From Neocallimastix sp. 'constans' (Eukaryota): a stretch of DNA of 64,000 nucleotides. The position numbers and the translations under genes are program-made. This document shows, piece after piece, positions 25,626 to 37,338 of this stretch. The notes under the pieces were generated by a model. That model did not search any database, was not told the origin of the DNA, and worked only from the letters and a program-made list of their open reading frames with translations. Every line of letters begins with the position of its first letter. The first letter of the stretch is position 1. The DNA lies in assembly GCA_050613775.1 (NCBI GenBank), contig JBODTK010000110.1:124001-188000 (forward strand), written 5' to 3'.

Positions 25626-25721
25626 TTTATATTTATATATAATATAACATACAGGTAAATTATAAACATATTCAACACAGTCTTTTTCGTTTTGTGACAT
25701 TGCGACAGACATATAATATTT

Positions 25722-25765
<44 letters not shown>

Positions 25766-25951
25766 ATACTATTATATATATATATATAATATTTACAAAA
25801 TGTATAAATAATTAAATAATAAAAAAAAAAATATTAGTCTTACCTCAAATTTTTAAAAATTTGGTTTAATTGTTCACTCATATATTTTCTTATGCTATAG
25901 AGGGTATCTTGACATAGAGTAACAAATTTTGGAAATATTACTGTTTCTATT
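24760..25951 (-). pseudogene. Fragmented HEAT-repeat gene resembling protein phosphatase 4 regulatory subunit 4 (PP4R4)
   Basis: Exon-like pieces in PP4R4 order: 25951-25844 IETVIFPKFVTLCQDTLYSIRKYMSEQLNQIFKNL; ~25715-25653 EKDCVEYVYNLP; ~25526-25411 CITFISEK...NLVRISISQC; 25296-24967 FTALLKDNDIKVLETIFK/MSNIL...LNWRVQKYIVKNFENFPNIFNMDIINSQITPLIF; 24870-24760 VVRPIKRIFCRTILIY/SKKYEHRDKIH. Frameshifts are present, and no start or C-terminus was found. Confidence 0.7.
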
Positions 25952-26006
25952 CTAAATTTTTCAGTTCAATATTATATATGTGTATTTTCACAATTATTTT
26001 AATATA

Positions 26007-26057
<51 letters not shown>

Positions 26058-27111
26058 TTTTATAATTTATGAATGAATTGGTAAATTAATATTTTAATAT
26101 TAAATTAATTTTTTTTTTATTTTTTATTTTTAAAAAAATAAACTATTAAAATAAAAATTTAACATATATAATATATTTTATTAATAAATGATATAGATTA
26201 ATAATTATTAATTATAATAGCTGGTGGAAGTTATATTGTAAATAATTATTTGTATAAAATAAGTTTATATATATATTTATATAAACTCTATTATGAAAAC
26301 TAAAGAAGTTATTATATTCATTATAATATCATTAAAATTTCTAGTTATTGCTATTATAAGCATAAAAAAAAATGGATAGATCGATTCTCAATAGTAGAAA
26401 TTCCCTAATCTTCAACAGAAAGTGTAACCTTTACTAAATAAAGGCTTAAAAATCATATTAGTTCGGCGTCTCCCCGAAACAGTGCCTATTTCAAAATAAT
26501 TAACTTTCTGATCTTTAACTACCTTTATTATGACAATGGATTGGAATCAAGAACTATTTGTGTACCTTATATTGATACAAGCAGAAAGCATTTAAAAACA
26601 AGGGTATTTCTATTAATTATAGATGATATAGTATTTTCGAGAATGGGTGTAATATTTAATTCAAGAAAAATCCTTTAGGAGTATTAGTATAACAACTTAA
26701 TACCCTAAGATAGAAACCTAAAGTTGGAATATTACAAGCTGAACCCCATTCTCAACAGTGAACTGTATTGTCCTATTATAAAAAACTATAGTAATATAAT
26801 AGTAATACCTTTATATAAATATTATATATAATACTATAATACTTTTGTTTTACTATGATATATTGATAAATAACGAAATTATAAAATTAAAATAATAATA
26901 AATAATAAATTCTTATTTAATTTAACCCAAAATTAATTCTTTTAGAAATCTTTAAATCAATTTAAGAAAATTAATTAAAAGAAATAAATGAAAATAAAAT
27001 AATAATAATTTAATTAATTATTAACAATTCTAATTAAAACTAAAATAAATAAAATATTCTTCTAAAATTACTAATAAACTAAATAATAAACAAATTTAAT
27101 AAATTGTAAAC

Positions 27112-27162
27112 AATAAATACACAAACTTATAATTATTTTAATTATAAGTTTGTGTATTTATT
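27112..27162. repeat. Perfect hairpin: 24-bp stem, 3-nt loop
   Basis: AATAAATACACAAACTTATAATTA-TTT-TAATTATAAGTTTGTGTATTTATT. Confidence 0.95.
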
Positions 27163-27214
27163 ATTTTAATTATTATTTTAATTATTTATTTATATAAAAT
27201 AATTTAAATATAAT

Positions 27215-27566
27215 AAGCGATCTCAAAAATATGTGGCTTATATCTATTCACGTGCGGTTCCGAAACGCTCTCCCCGGTAATTACAAAGATTTAATAATAC
27301 TTTATTTATACTAATTAATTTGTGGCGTATTTTATAATATGACTTTATTTTATCAAGCCATATTATAAACGTGGCGTTTGTTGTAAACATTGGTTGACTA
27401 CTTTTATTTTTTATTTATATTAAATTTTTACTATTATTTATTTTTTATAAATTATTTTAATTTTTTTTTTTTTTTTTTTTTATTTTTTAATTTCCGGTGT
27501 GTACTGCCCTATGTCCCCCTCAAGGCACAAACACTTCCGTGTGCTATAGCACGCATTTATTTTAAT
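27215..27566 (+). mobile_element. Possible Helitron 3' terminal region
   Basis: GC-enriched patch ending in the palindrome GTGTGCTATAGCACGC (27539-27554), followed within ~12 nt by TTAA|T, one substitution from the Helitron CTRR|T end. Confidence 0.35.
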
Positions 27567-28199
27567 TATTCTTTCACTTTTATGATTATTTCAATATTAT
27601 TTCATATACTAATATAAATTTAATAAATTAAAATAAATTTATTGATTAAATTTATTGAAACACAATAGATAATATTAAAAATAATATTTAATAAATTGAA
27701 AATATCATATATATAAATAGAAATATATTAATTTTTTGTCATTGATTATTAAACTATATAAAAAGTTTAAGTGATTCAGTGGAAATAAAAATTATTATTA
27801 TTATTATTATTATTATATTTTATTATTCTTAACAATATTAAATATAGAATTACTTTTTGTAATATCTACCATAATATTATAATATTTTGGTAGATATTAC
27901 AAAATATTATTCATAATTGACAATAAGATTAACGTTGAAAGAAGTGAATGATAAAAGTTATAATAATAATAATAATAAAAAAATAAAAATAATAATAATA
28001 GGAATTTTAAAAAATAATAATATGTATAGTATATCTTCATTTTTATTTGGAATATGTGAACTGAATTATTTTTAAATTTTCTCTTGACCAAATAAGTATA
28101 TTTTAAATTTTCAAATGGGAAATTATAAAGATAATTGACATAAAGAATTACTTATAAATTACTTATAAAAATTATGTTAATATTTATTTTTGTTTTCTT

Positions 28200-28975
28200 G
28201 TAATTTAATTTTTTTTATCATTATTGAAATAAAAATTTAAATTATCACAATTAAGAAATAAAAGTTTTTGAAACATTATTTTAATTATAAATTATTTTAT
28301 TACAAATTGATCTGTTTTTGAAACATTATTTTAATTATAAATTATTTTATTACAAATTGATCAATTTCAATTTATTCTTTAATAATTCCTTTATATAATT
28401 TAATAACAATAATATTATTAAAATTATTATTAATTAAAATACATGTATTAATATACGATGTTACATTACTTAAACGTATTTCTTTTATTGCTATACGCCA
28501 CATTATATGCTTACTATTAGCATTATTATTAATATACTAATATTAATAATGCTAAAACTAATATTTAATATATTTAAACTATTTATTTTATTTTTACTTT
28601 ATTATTTAATAATATTAAACTTTATTTCTAACAGAAATAAAAGTTTTTGAAACATTATTTTAATTATAAATTAATGTAATTTAATTTTTTTTTTTATTAT
28701 AGAAATAAAAATTAAATTATCACGATTTATATTAAGAAATAAAAGTTTTATATAAAACTAATATTAAATATATTAAAATTACTTATTTTATTTTTACTTT
28801 ATTATTTAATAATATTAAACTTTATTTCTAACAGAAATAAAAGTTTTTGAAACATTATTTTAATTATAAATTAATGTAATTTAATTTTTTTTATTATAGA
28901 AATAAAAATTTAAATTATCACAATTTATATTAAAAAATAAAAGTTTTTGAAACATTATTTTAATTATAAATTAAT
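28200..28975. repeat. Nested tandem repeats (~100/200-bp period)
   Basis: AAATAAAAGTTTTTGAAACATTATTTTAATTATAAATT recurs at ~28256, 28635, 28835 and 28936, with a partial copy at 28314. 28600-28730 is nearly identical to 28800-28930. Confidence 0.88.
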
Positions 28976-30518
28976 ATGTTTAATTATATTATGTTTACCA
29001 TTAAAAAAAATATTCCAAAAAAATAAATTTATTCCAAAATTTTTGATGAAATTTAATAATTATAATTTTTTTTTTAATAAAAATAAATTATATATAATTT
29101 ATAAGAATCTCTATAATTAAAATTCATTTTATTATTATATTATTCATTAAATTAGAAAGTAGGAAATTTATTTATATTGAAATTATATTAAATAATTAAT
29201 TTATTAGTAATATTATATTATCATATTATTCATAAATTTAAGAAATTGGAAATTTTCCTATATTGAAACTATATTAAATAATTTGAATTTATAGTATAAA
29301 ATATTAAGAGTAATTTAATTTCAATATAAAATTTAATATTTTATCGTAATAACAATAATGGACTTTATTTTTGTTATAATATTAAAGTCTCAATTTATAG
29401 AATAAATATATTAAAATATATATTAATTTTCATTTTGAACAACGTTTTAAAATATAATTAAAGTAATAAATATGACTATTAAAAAGGAAATTTTATAAAC
29501 TTTTTTTAATAATATTTAATGTTTTATGTTTAGCATTGAAATATTTTCCATTTCATTCTTGGATAATACAAAAAAATAAAATTTTGTTTTATTCTTTAGA
29601 TAGTTATTATGGTAAGTAATATTTTTTTTCTTCTTCTTTGAAGAATTATATATATTTTTTTGTTACTAAATACTTTTTAAATATTCTTTAAAATATTTTT
29701 TGATCATACTTATTTTTTCAAATAATATATATATATATAATTGCTTTTTCTAGATTATTGAATTACTATTTTTAAATATGATGTAGTTTATAAAATTTGA
29801 ATTTTTCAAATTGTATAAGCAATAAATTAATTATATTTAAACTATTTTTAAATCTATGTTATATTTTCATATATATGCTATTTAATTTATATATTGTTTT
29901 TAAAAATATTTTTATTAAATTAATGGAATACATATATTATTTTTTTAAAAAAAATAATAAACTTAATCATAGGCCGTTATTATAAATTTAAATATATTTT
30001 TGTATTTGTTACTATAAAAAATGTTTAATACTATATAATAAAATATAATGTTATATAATATATTTCAATTTAAATAATAAATTATTATTACTTCATTTTA
30101 ATTTAATTTTTTATTGGCTGATATCATTACTAATATTATACAATAGTTAAATAAATAACGGAATATTAACTAATATAGAATTATAAAATATTGTGTAATA
30201 ATAGAATATTAAAATTGAAAATTTGAAAAATATAATTTATATAATATTTAATAAGCTTTTGATTTAATAAATTAATATATAATATATTTTTGTGTAATTA
30301 TTTTTATTTGAATATATAAATTAAAAAAATTATATAAACATGAAATGATAATCTTTTTTTTTTTTTTTTTTTTTTATTTTTTTTAAATAAAAAAACAAAA
30401 ATAATTTATAAACGAGTATTTGATAATTATTTAAAATTTATAAAATTATAAAAATTGAAATTTGTGAATAAATTATTGTTTTTATTGTTTTTATATATTT
30501 AATATAATAAAATTAAAC

Positions 30519-32340
30519 ATGAAATTTAGTAAATTGTATTTCTCACTTTTAGCTTCCTTGGCATTTTCATCTCCAGGTAATATTTAAAAAAAAATGATAA
30601 ATATTTATATATATATATATATATAGGAAGTTTAAAAATATGATTTAATATAAGATTATTAAATATATTTATTTATTATGTATTATTAATAAATAATTAC
30701 TTATTAAATATGTAATAGTTATTGAGAAAGATGGAAAATATTTATATAAACGTGGAAATAAGCAATTTTATATTCCAATGGAATTAAGAAATAATAATTT
30801 TGACAATAATTCAAGTAATTGGTCATTTTCTCGTAGTAAAGCATCTGAAGATTTTATTTTATTCTGGGAACCTGGATTTGGTAACAATCCAGCAGCAGCT
30901 CCAAGTAATTTAAGATTTGATGCTAATGATATTCTTGATAAGGCTGAAAAATTTTTCGACTATTATAAAAATACTTTAAAATTCATTGAAGGAAGTTCAC
31001 AAACCGATAAATATAAGATGAGTATTTGGATTAAATATCAAACTGAGTGGTTAGCTACTGGTTCTGGTTATGATAACGTTGTTGGTGCCCTTTGGGTTAA
31101 CCCAAGTACTGTTCAACCAGTCGGTGGTACAATTGCCCATGAAATCGGACACACATTCCAATATCAGGTTCACTGTGATGGTAAATATGGTTTTCGTGAT
31201 CAAGATTATGTAGGTACTTTCTGGGAAATTTGTGCCCAATGGATGGCATCTAGATTATATCCAGAAATGTTTTCAAATACAGAATTTGAATTAGTTCCAA
31301 ATAATTGTTGGAAACATCCATTGCATGAAAATTTCCGTTATCAGTCAATTTTAATGGAAGAATTTTGGAATGAAAAGCATGGCATTGATATTGTAGGTAA
31401 AGTATGGAATGGTGCAAAGGACAGGGATGATCCAATTGATGCTTACAAACGTGTAACTAATATTAACCAACAACAATTTAATGAAGAAATGTTTAGAGTA
31501 GCTCAGAAGAATATTCTTTTTGATTATAAGCATCTTAGAAATGTTCTTAAGCCATTCAGAAACCGTTATAACATTAAACTTCAAACAAATGGTGATGGTA
31601 CATACCAAATTTCACCTGAACAATGTACTCAATCTTATGGTTATGCACCAGTACAACTTGAAATTCCTTCTGGAGGTAAGATTACTGTTAAATTTACTGG
31701 TATTACTGGTGATGGAAGATACCATACTGCTAATGATAAAGTTGCTGGATGGAGATACGGTTTTGTTGCTGTTAAAAGTGATGGTGAAACAGCTGAATAT
31801 AGTAATGCTGCTATTGGTACTACTCAAACTAGTACAATTAATTACACAGTTCCAAATGGAACTAAAACTTTATGGTTCATAGTAATGGGTGCTCCAACAG
31901 AACATGTTAGACATCACTGGAAGGAAGGTGACAATTCTGGTGACGAACACTTCCCATGGAAGGTTGCTTTATCAACATGTTTAAAAGGACAAAGATGTAA
32001 TCCAATTCCAGTTGATAATAATGCAAAAGATATTAATGGTTCAAGTTCTGCTGTTGATACTGGAAAAACTACAGATAATAGTAACTGTTTTTCCAAGAGT
32101 ATGGGATACAAATGTTGTAAGGATACTAGTAGAGTTGTCAGTACTGATTGTGATGGCAAGTGGGGTGTAGAAAATGGTGAATGGTGTGGTATTGGTGGCA
32201 CACCAATTTCTTTAGCTAATTGTTGGGCACAATCATTAGGTTATTCATGTTGTAAGAGTAAATGTGCTGAAGTTTACTTTACAGATGAAAGTGGTAAATG
32301 GGGCGTTGAAAATAATGAATGGTGTGGTATAGCCTTTTAA
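30519..32340 (+). CDS. Secreted cellulosomal protein: signal/pro-peptide + DUF6055-like HEXXH putative metallopeptidase + two fungal non-catalytic dockerin (CBM10-like) domains, 2 exons, ~559 aa
   Basis: Exon 1 30519-30576 (MKFSKLYFSLLASLAFSSP) splices in frame to exon 2 30719-32340 (VIEKDGKYLYKR-GNKQFYIPMEL...). The core has TIAHEIGHTFQYQV and FWEICAQWMA. The C-terminus has CFSKSMGYKCC...DGKWGVENGEWCGI and CWAQSLGYSCC...SGKWGVENNEWCGI. Confidence 0.9.
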
Positions 32341-33936
32341 AATGTTTAAATATACAAAAAAATCTTGAATTATGCTTAGATTGTCATATTAAAAATTGGA
32401 ATTATAAAATTAAAATTACTATTCATGAAGAATAAACTAAATATATATTATTATAAAGATGAAATAACATATTGTAATCCTGAAATATTATTAATATTCG
32501 ATATTTCATTTTTTATTTTAAATGATTTTTTTATCTTTTTGTTTTTTTTATAATTATTATTGTAAATAATATATTAATGTGATATATCATATATTTAATA
32601 AAAATTTAGTAAATATATATATATAAAAAAATAAAAATAAAAATAAAAATAAAAAAAAAATAAAAATAAAAATTTTCATAGTACTAGGAGAGATAGTAAA
32701 AAATTCAAATATTGAATAATGAATTGTTTTCGGTAAAATTGATTGTTGTAGTTGTTTTGGATCGATATTATTTATCAACATATACTTTTATCATGCAATA
32801 TATGCACTATACTATTAGAGTATATGTTAAAAATATGTATAGTTGATATATTTTTTACATCATTTATATATATACTGATCAAGTAACTTTTAAATTTATT
32901 AATTGATTTTAAAAGATTTTAAGAAATAGTATCATTTTTCTTCCATGTATCTTTTTCCTTTTACATATTTTTAATTTTTTTGCATATATTTACAATTTCT
33001 TCATGTATGAATCGTACATGTATAGGTGTACTAATTACAGCTTTCTGTGATTCTGATGATAATCGATGGTTATCCTTTCTAATACGAAGAGTGCCTACCT
33101 TGTACTGATATGGCAAAGAAATAGTTCAGTTAGAAGTCCTGTTAATTCTCATCAATACACATTTACTAACAGCACAATTCCCGAATATAGAACCTATAAT
33201 AAGTAATTCAATTTTTGATGATCTTTCTTGTGGTTCAGGGGAGAGTTTAGTGGATATCACACTATCTATTTCAAAGATGTTACTTCTTTGTTTTATTATT
33301 TTAGTTCTAACTGGTGATCATGTTACTACACATAGTATACGTCACAACGAAATTTTTTTTTTTTTTTTTACTTTTGAACTTATTTTTATTTTTTATTATA
33401 TTAAATTTTTTTTTATTTTCCTTCACATGAAGTGCATTCTTAGTCTAAAGAAAAAAAAAAAAAAAAAAAAAAAAAAAAACATGTATTTTTTTTTTTTTTT
33501 ATGGATGGTTATGTAATACCACACTTAATTATATATTCCTGTAGGAATTAATTCATTCCGCCTCATGTACTTTTTATAAATATAATTTTAATATTTAATA
33601 TACTATATATTTTTTAAAAAATAATTTGTTTTTATAAATATTTTCAATTCTTTATCATTAATTATATGAAAAAGTATTTTGATATCAATAAAAAACCCTA
33701 AAAATTTTAAACTTATTTTATAAAAAAAATTTTTACAATTAAAACTATTCGCAATTATTTTTTTTTTCATTATGTTGCAAATTCAAGTGAAATAAATACA
33801 ATATAAAAAAAAATATCTCGAAAGAAATGATCACATCAAGGAATTAATTTTCATTTTTTTTTTTACCTCATTTATTTATTTTTTTATTTTATTTTTATAA
33901 TAAAAATTTTTTATTAATATAGCTTAGTTTTTATTT

Positions 33937-34415
33937 GGAAATGTCTACTCCATTTAGATAGAAGTCCGAGAAACTATGTTCCTATGAAAAATTTATTTTA
34001 ATTTTCATTCATGATTTTGAAATCTTGGACTTAAAGTAGAATATAGGAAAAGAATATACGAATTCTTAAAATTCTTAAGTAAAAAAATATCAAATTATAA
34101 TGAAATTACTCATGGATTTATTAAAAAGCACTATATTAATATGGAAAACTACTTCAAGTTAACTATAATAATCCTAAGGATTATTTGAGGGTTATTTATA
34201 AAATTATAAAACGCTTTACTGTTAAAGGAATAAATTGGAAGATTACTTCAGGGATTCACACATTTAACAGTATATATTATGATAGAACAAAGTATTATTC
34301 TGAACCCAATCTCTGATAAAGGTCTTCTGTATGCTAATCTCATCATTTTAACCTCTGTATTAGCTGGAATATTAATGATTGGAACTCTGAAAAATGTGAA
34401 GAATTTTAATGAAAA
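33937..34415 (+). mobile_element. Degenerate non-LTR retrotransposon (LINE) fragment ending at the start of an APE-type endonuclease
   Basis: Broken reading frames (NLGLKVEYRKRIYEFLKFL...; NPKDYLRVIYKIIKRF..KGINWKI) lead into LCISWNINDWNSEK, resembling the SWNING motif I of APE endonucleases. Confidence 0.5.
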
Positions 34416-34874
34416 CTTTATTTAATATAAAATTTAATATCAAATTATTAATATTTAAAACAATAAATTTAATAACACAAAATAAATTTTTTATTTTTTT
34501 AATTTATTAAAAATACATTTTTTTAAATATAACTTCCCTTCGTTATATTTACAAATTATAAAATTATTCCTTTTTAAAAATCCATTTTTTTTTTTTTATT
34601 AAAAAATCCTATCTTATTTAAAAATCTAATTTTTTTTTCTTTTTATATAAAATAATTTTTTAATAACTTTTTTTTATTTATTACTATATTAGTATTAATG
34701 TATTTTATTATTATTATTATTATTATTAATTTCCTTTCATTATTAAGACCTCTTTTATTATAAAAGGATTAATTTAATTTTATTTAATTTAATATTTGGT
34801 TTAATTAATATCAAATAAAATTTTATAATATAAAATTTCTTATGTAAAATTTATTTTGTAATTTTGATGAAAGG

Positions 34875-34953
<79 letters not shown>

Positions 34954-35111
34954 GAAAATTTCATTGAAAAAAAAAAAAAAAAAAAAAATTTATAAACAAT
35001 ATTTTAATTTTAGATTTTTATATTAAATAGTAATAATCTAATATACTTTGCTAAAAAAAAAAAAAAATGTTAAACTATATCAATCTATCTATTTAAAAAT
35101 TAATATAATTC

Positions 35112-35146
<35 letters not shown>

Positions 35147-35149
<3 letters not shown>

Positions 35150-35851
35150 CTAAATTAAAAAGCTGAATGTAAAAAGTAAATATTATTATTTTTGCCATTA
35201 AAATAGTTAGTTTAAAATTTTAAAATATAACTAAATATATAAATTTAATAATAAGAATTCAATAAATACATATAAAAAAAAAATATTTACTTTCATCCTC
35301 TATTTAATTAATCCTTTTAAATATTTGCTTTTTTATTTTTATTTTTTATTAATAAATTTTAAATAAAAATAAAAATAAAAAAAATGCTAAATTAAAAAGT
35401 TGAATGTAAAAAGTAAATATTATTATTTTTGCCATTAAAATAGTTTAAAATTTTAAAATATAACTAAATATATAAATTTAATAATAATAATTCAATAAAT
35501 ACATATATAAAAAAAAAAATATTTACTTTCATCCTCCATTTAATTAATCCTTTTAAATATTTGCTTTTTTATTTTTATTTTTTATTAATAAATTTTAAAT
35601 AAAAATAAAAATAAAAAAAAATGCTAAATTAAAAAGTTGAATGTAAAAAGTAAATATTATTATTTTTGCCATTAAAATAGTTTAAAATTTTAAAATATAA
35701 CTAAATATATAAATTTAATAATAATAATTCAATAAATACATATATAAAAAAAAAAATATTTACTTTCATCCTCTATTTAATTAATCCTTTTAAATATTTG
35801 TTTTTTTATTTTTATTTTTTATTAATAAATTTTAAATAAAAATAAAAATAA
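35147..35851. repeat. Three near-identical tandem copies of a 237-bp unit
   Basis: ATGCTAAATTAAAAAG(C/T)TGAATGTAAAAAG starts at 35147, 35384 and 35621. Confidence 0.95.
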
Positions 35852-36143
35852 AGTAAAATAAAATAAAAATAAATATATATATATATATATACATATAAAG
35901 TAATAAATAAAATAAAATAAAATAATTACTGATAAACAAAAAATTCTTTCCTTTAATTTTTTGTTTTACACATTAAAGATATTTCTTATTTTATAGTACT
36001 TCTTTTATATTTTTTTATTTTTTATTTTTTATTTTTTTATTTTTTATTTTATTTTATTTATTTGGTTTATTAATATTAATAATAATATTATTATTAGTTT
36101 TGATTTTGGTTTTATTACTATTATTAGTTTTATTATTATTTTT

Positions 36144-36183
<40 letters not shown>

Positions 36184-36241
36184 ATATATTATATATATAT
36201 ATATAAAATTAAATAATAATTATATATGTTGATAAAAAATG

Positions 36242-36278
<37 letters not shown>

Positions 36279-36378
36279 TTATGAAATGCTTAAACGATAA
36301 TAAATTAGTAAGAAAAAAAATATTATTAAATTAAAACTCTTCTTAATTTATTAATTAATAATTCATTGTGTTGTATAA

Positions 36379-37338
36379 TTAATTAGAATTTCTACTATTA
36401 TTTTGAAGTGGTTGTTGTTGATCTGGACTAGTATCAATTACTTCATTACTATTTAATAAAGGTTGATCATCACTCTCAACCATATATCCACTTACTGCTT
36501 CATCATAAGTTGGTGGTAATAATGGTAAATCATCTTCTTCCACTGCAACATTTTGTTCATCAACTGTACCATTTGATTGATTTGGTTGAGTAGAATTATT
36601 TTCTTCATTAGAACTTGGAACTTCTAAGTTTTGTTCAATTAGCTCATCTTCATTATTATTACTATCTACAGGTTGATATACTGGTAAAATATCATCTTCT
36701 GGTTGACGTCTACGACTTGGTAAAGTTACCATTAATAATTCATTTGGTGACATATTAGCTAACATTTGTTCATCTGTTCTTTGTCTACTGAATAAACTTA
36801 ACATAATTAACATGAAAAGGAATAATGAAAATAGTGGTTCTCCAGACTGAGATTCCGCTTCTTCTTTTGTTATACAATAACTGGTATAATAATCACAAAT
36901 AAGATCACCTTCACATATTATATAACTACCATTACAATATTGACCTTCTTTTGAAACAATTAAGCATTTGCCTTCGGTTTCATTTACATTATTTTTATAA
37001 CATTCTACGCCACACTTTTTACTATCACCAATACTAAAGTTACAATCGTAATCCGTCTTACATGGTGTTTTAACAAAACAATAATTGGTACACATTTGGG
37101 AAGTTTCATTACAATATGCCATATCCACAAAATAATCAAAGAAACTTGAACAATTGCTATCTACTTTACAATTAATTTCTTTTCTCATTGAAATTGGAGT
37201 TATCTCTGATTTTTTTGGGGCTTTTGTTTTCTCTGTTGTTTTATGTCCCTCTGAATTATGATTATCATGTGCATTGGCCTTACATGTTAAAAGCATAAAT
37301 AATAAAAGAATATTTTTCACAAATTTTGTTACCTTCAT
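36379..37338 (-). CDS. Type I single-pass membrane protein: signal peptide, Cys-rich ectodomain, TM helix, acidic tail with LPxY and PPxY motifs; intronless, 319 aa
   Basis: MKVTKFVKNILLLFMLLTCKANA; a dozen or more Cys in the ectodomain; TM PLFSLFLFMLIMLSLF followed by RQR; ILPVY and LPPTYDEA in the tail. Confidence 0.88.
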   Translation of the reverse strand: MKVTKFVKNILLLFMLLTCKANAHDNHNSEGHKTTEKTKAPKKSEITPISMRKEINCKVDSNCSSFFDYFVDMAYCNETSQMCTNYCFVKTPCKTDYDCNFSIGDSKKCGVECYKNNVNETEGKCLIVSKEGQYCNGSYIICEGDLICDYYTSYCITKEEAESQSGEPLFSLFLFMLIMLSLFSRQRTDEQMLANMSPNELLMVTLPSRRRQPEDDILPVYQPVDSNNNEDELIEQNLEVPSSNEENNSTQPNQSNGTVDEQNVAVEEDDLPLLPPTYDEAVSGYMVESDDQPLLNSNEVIDTSPDQQQPLQNNSRNSN

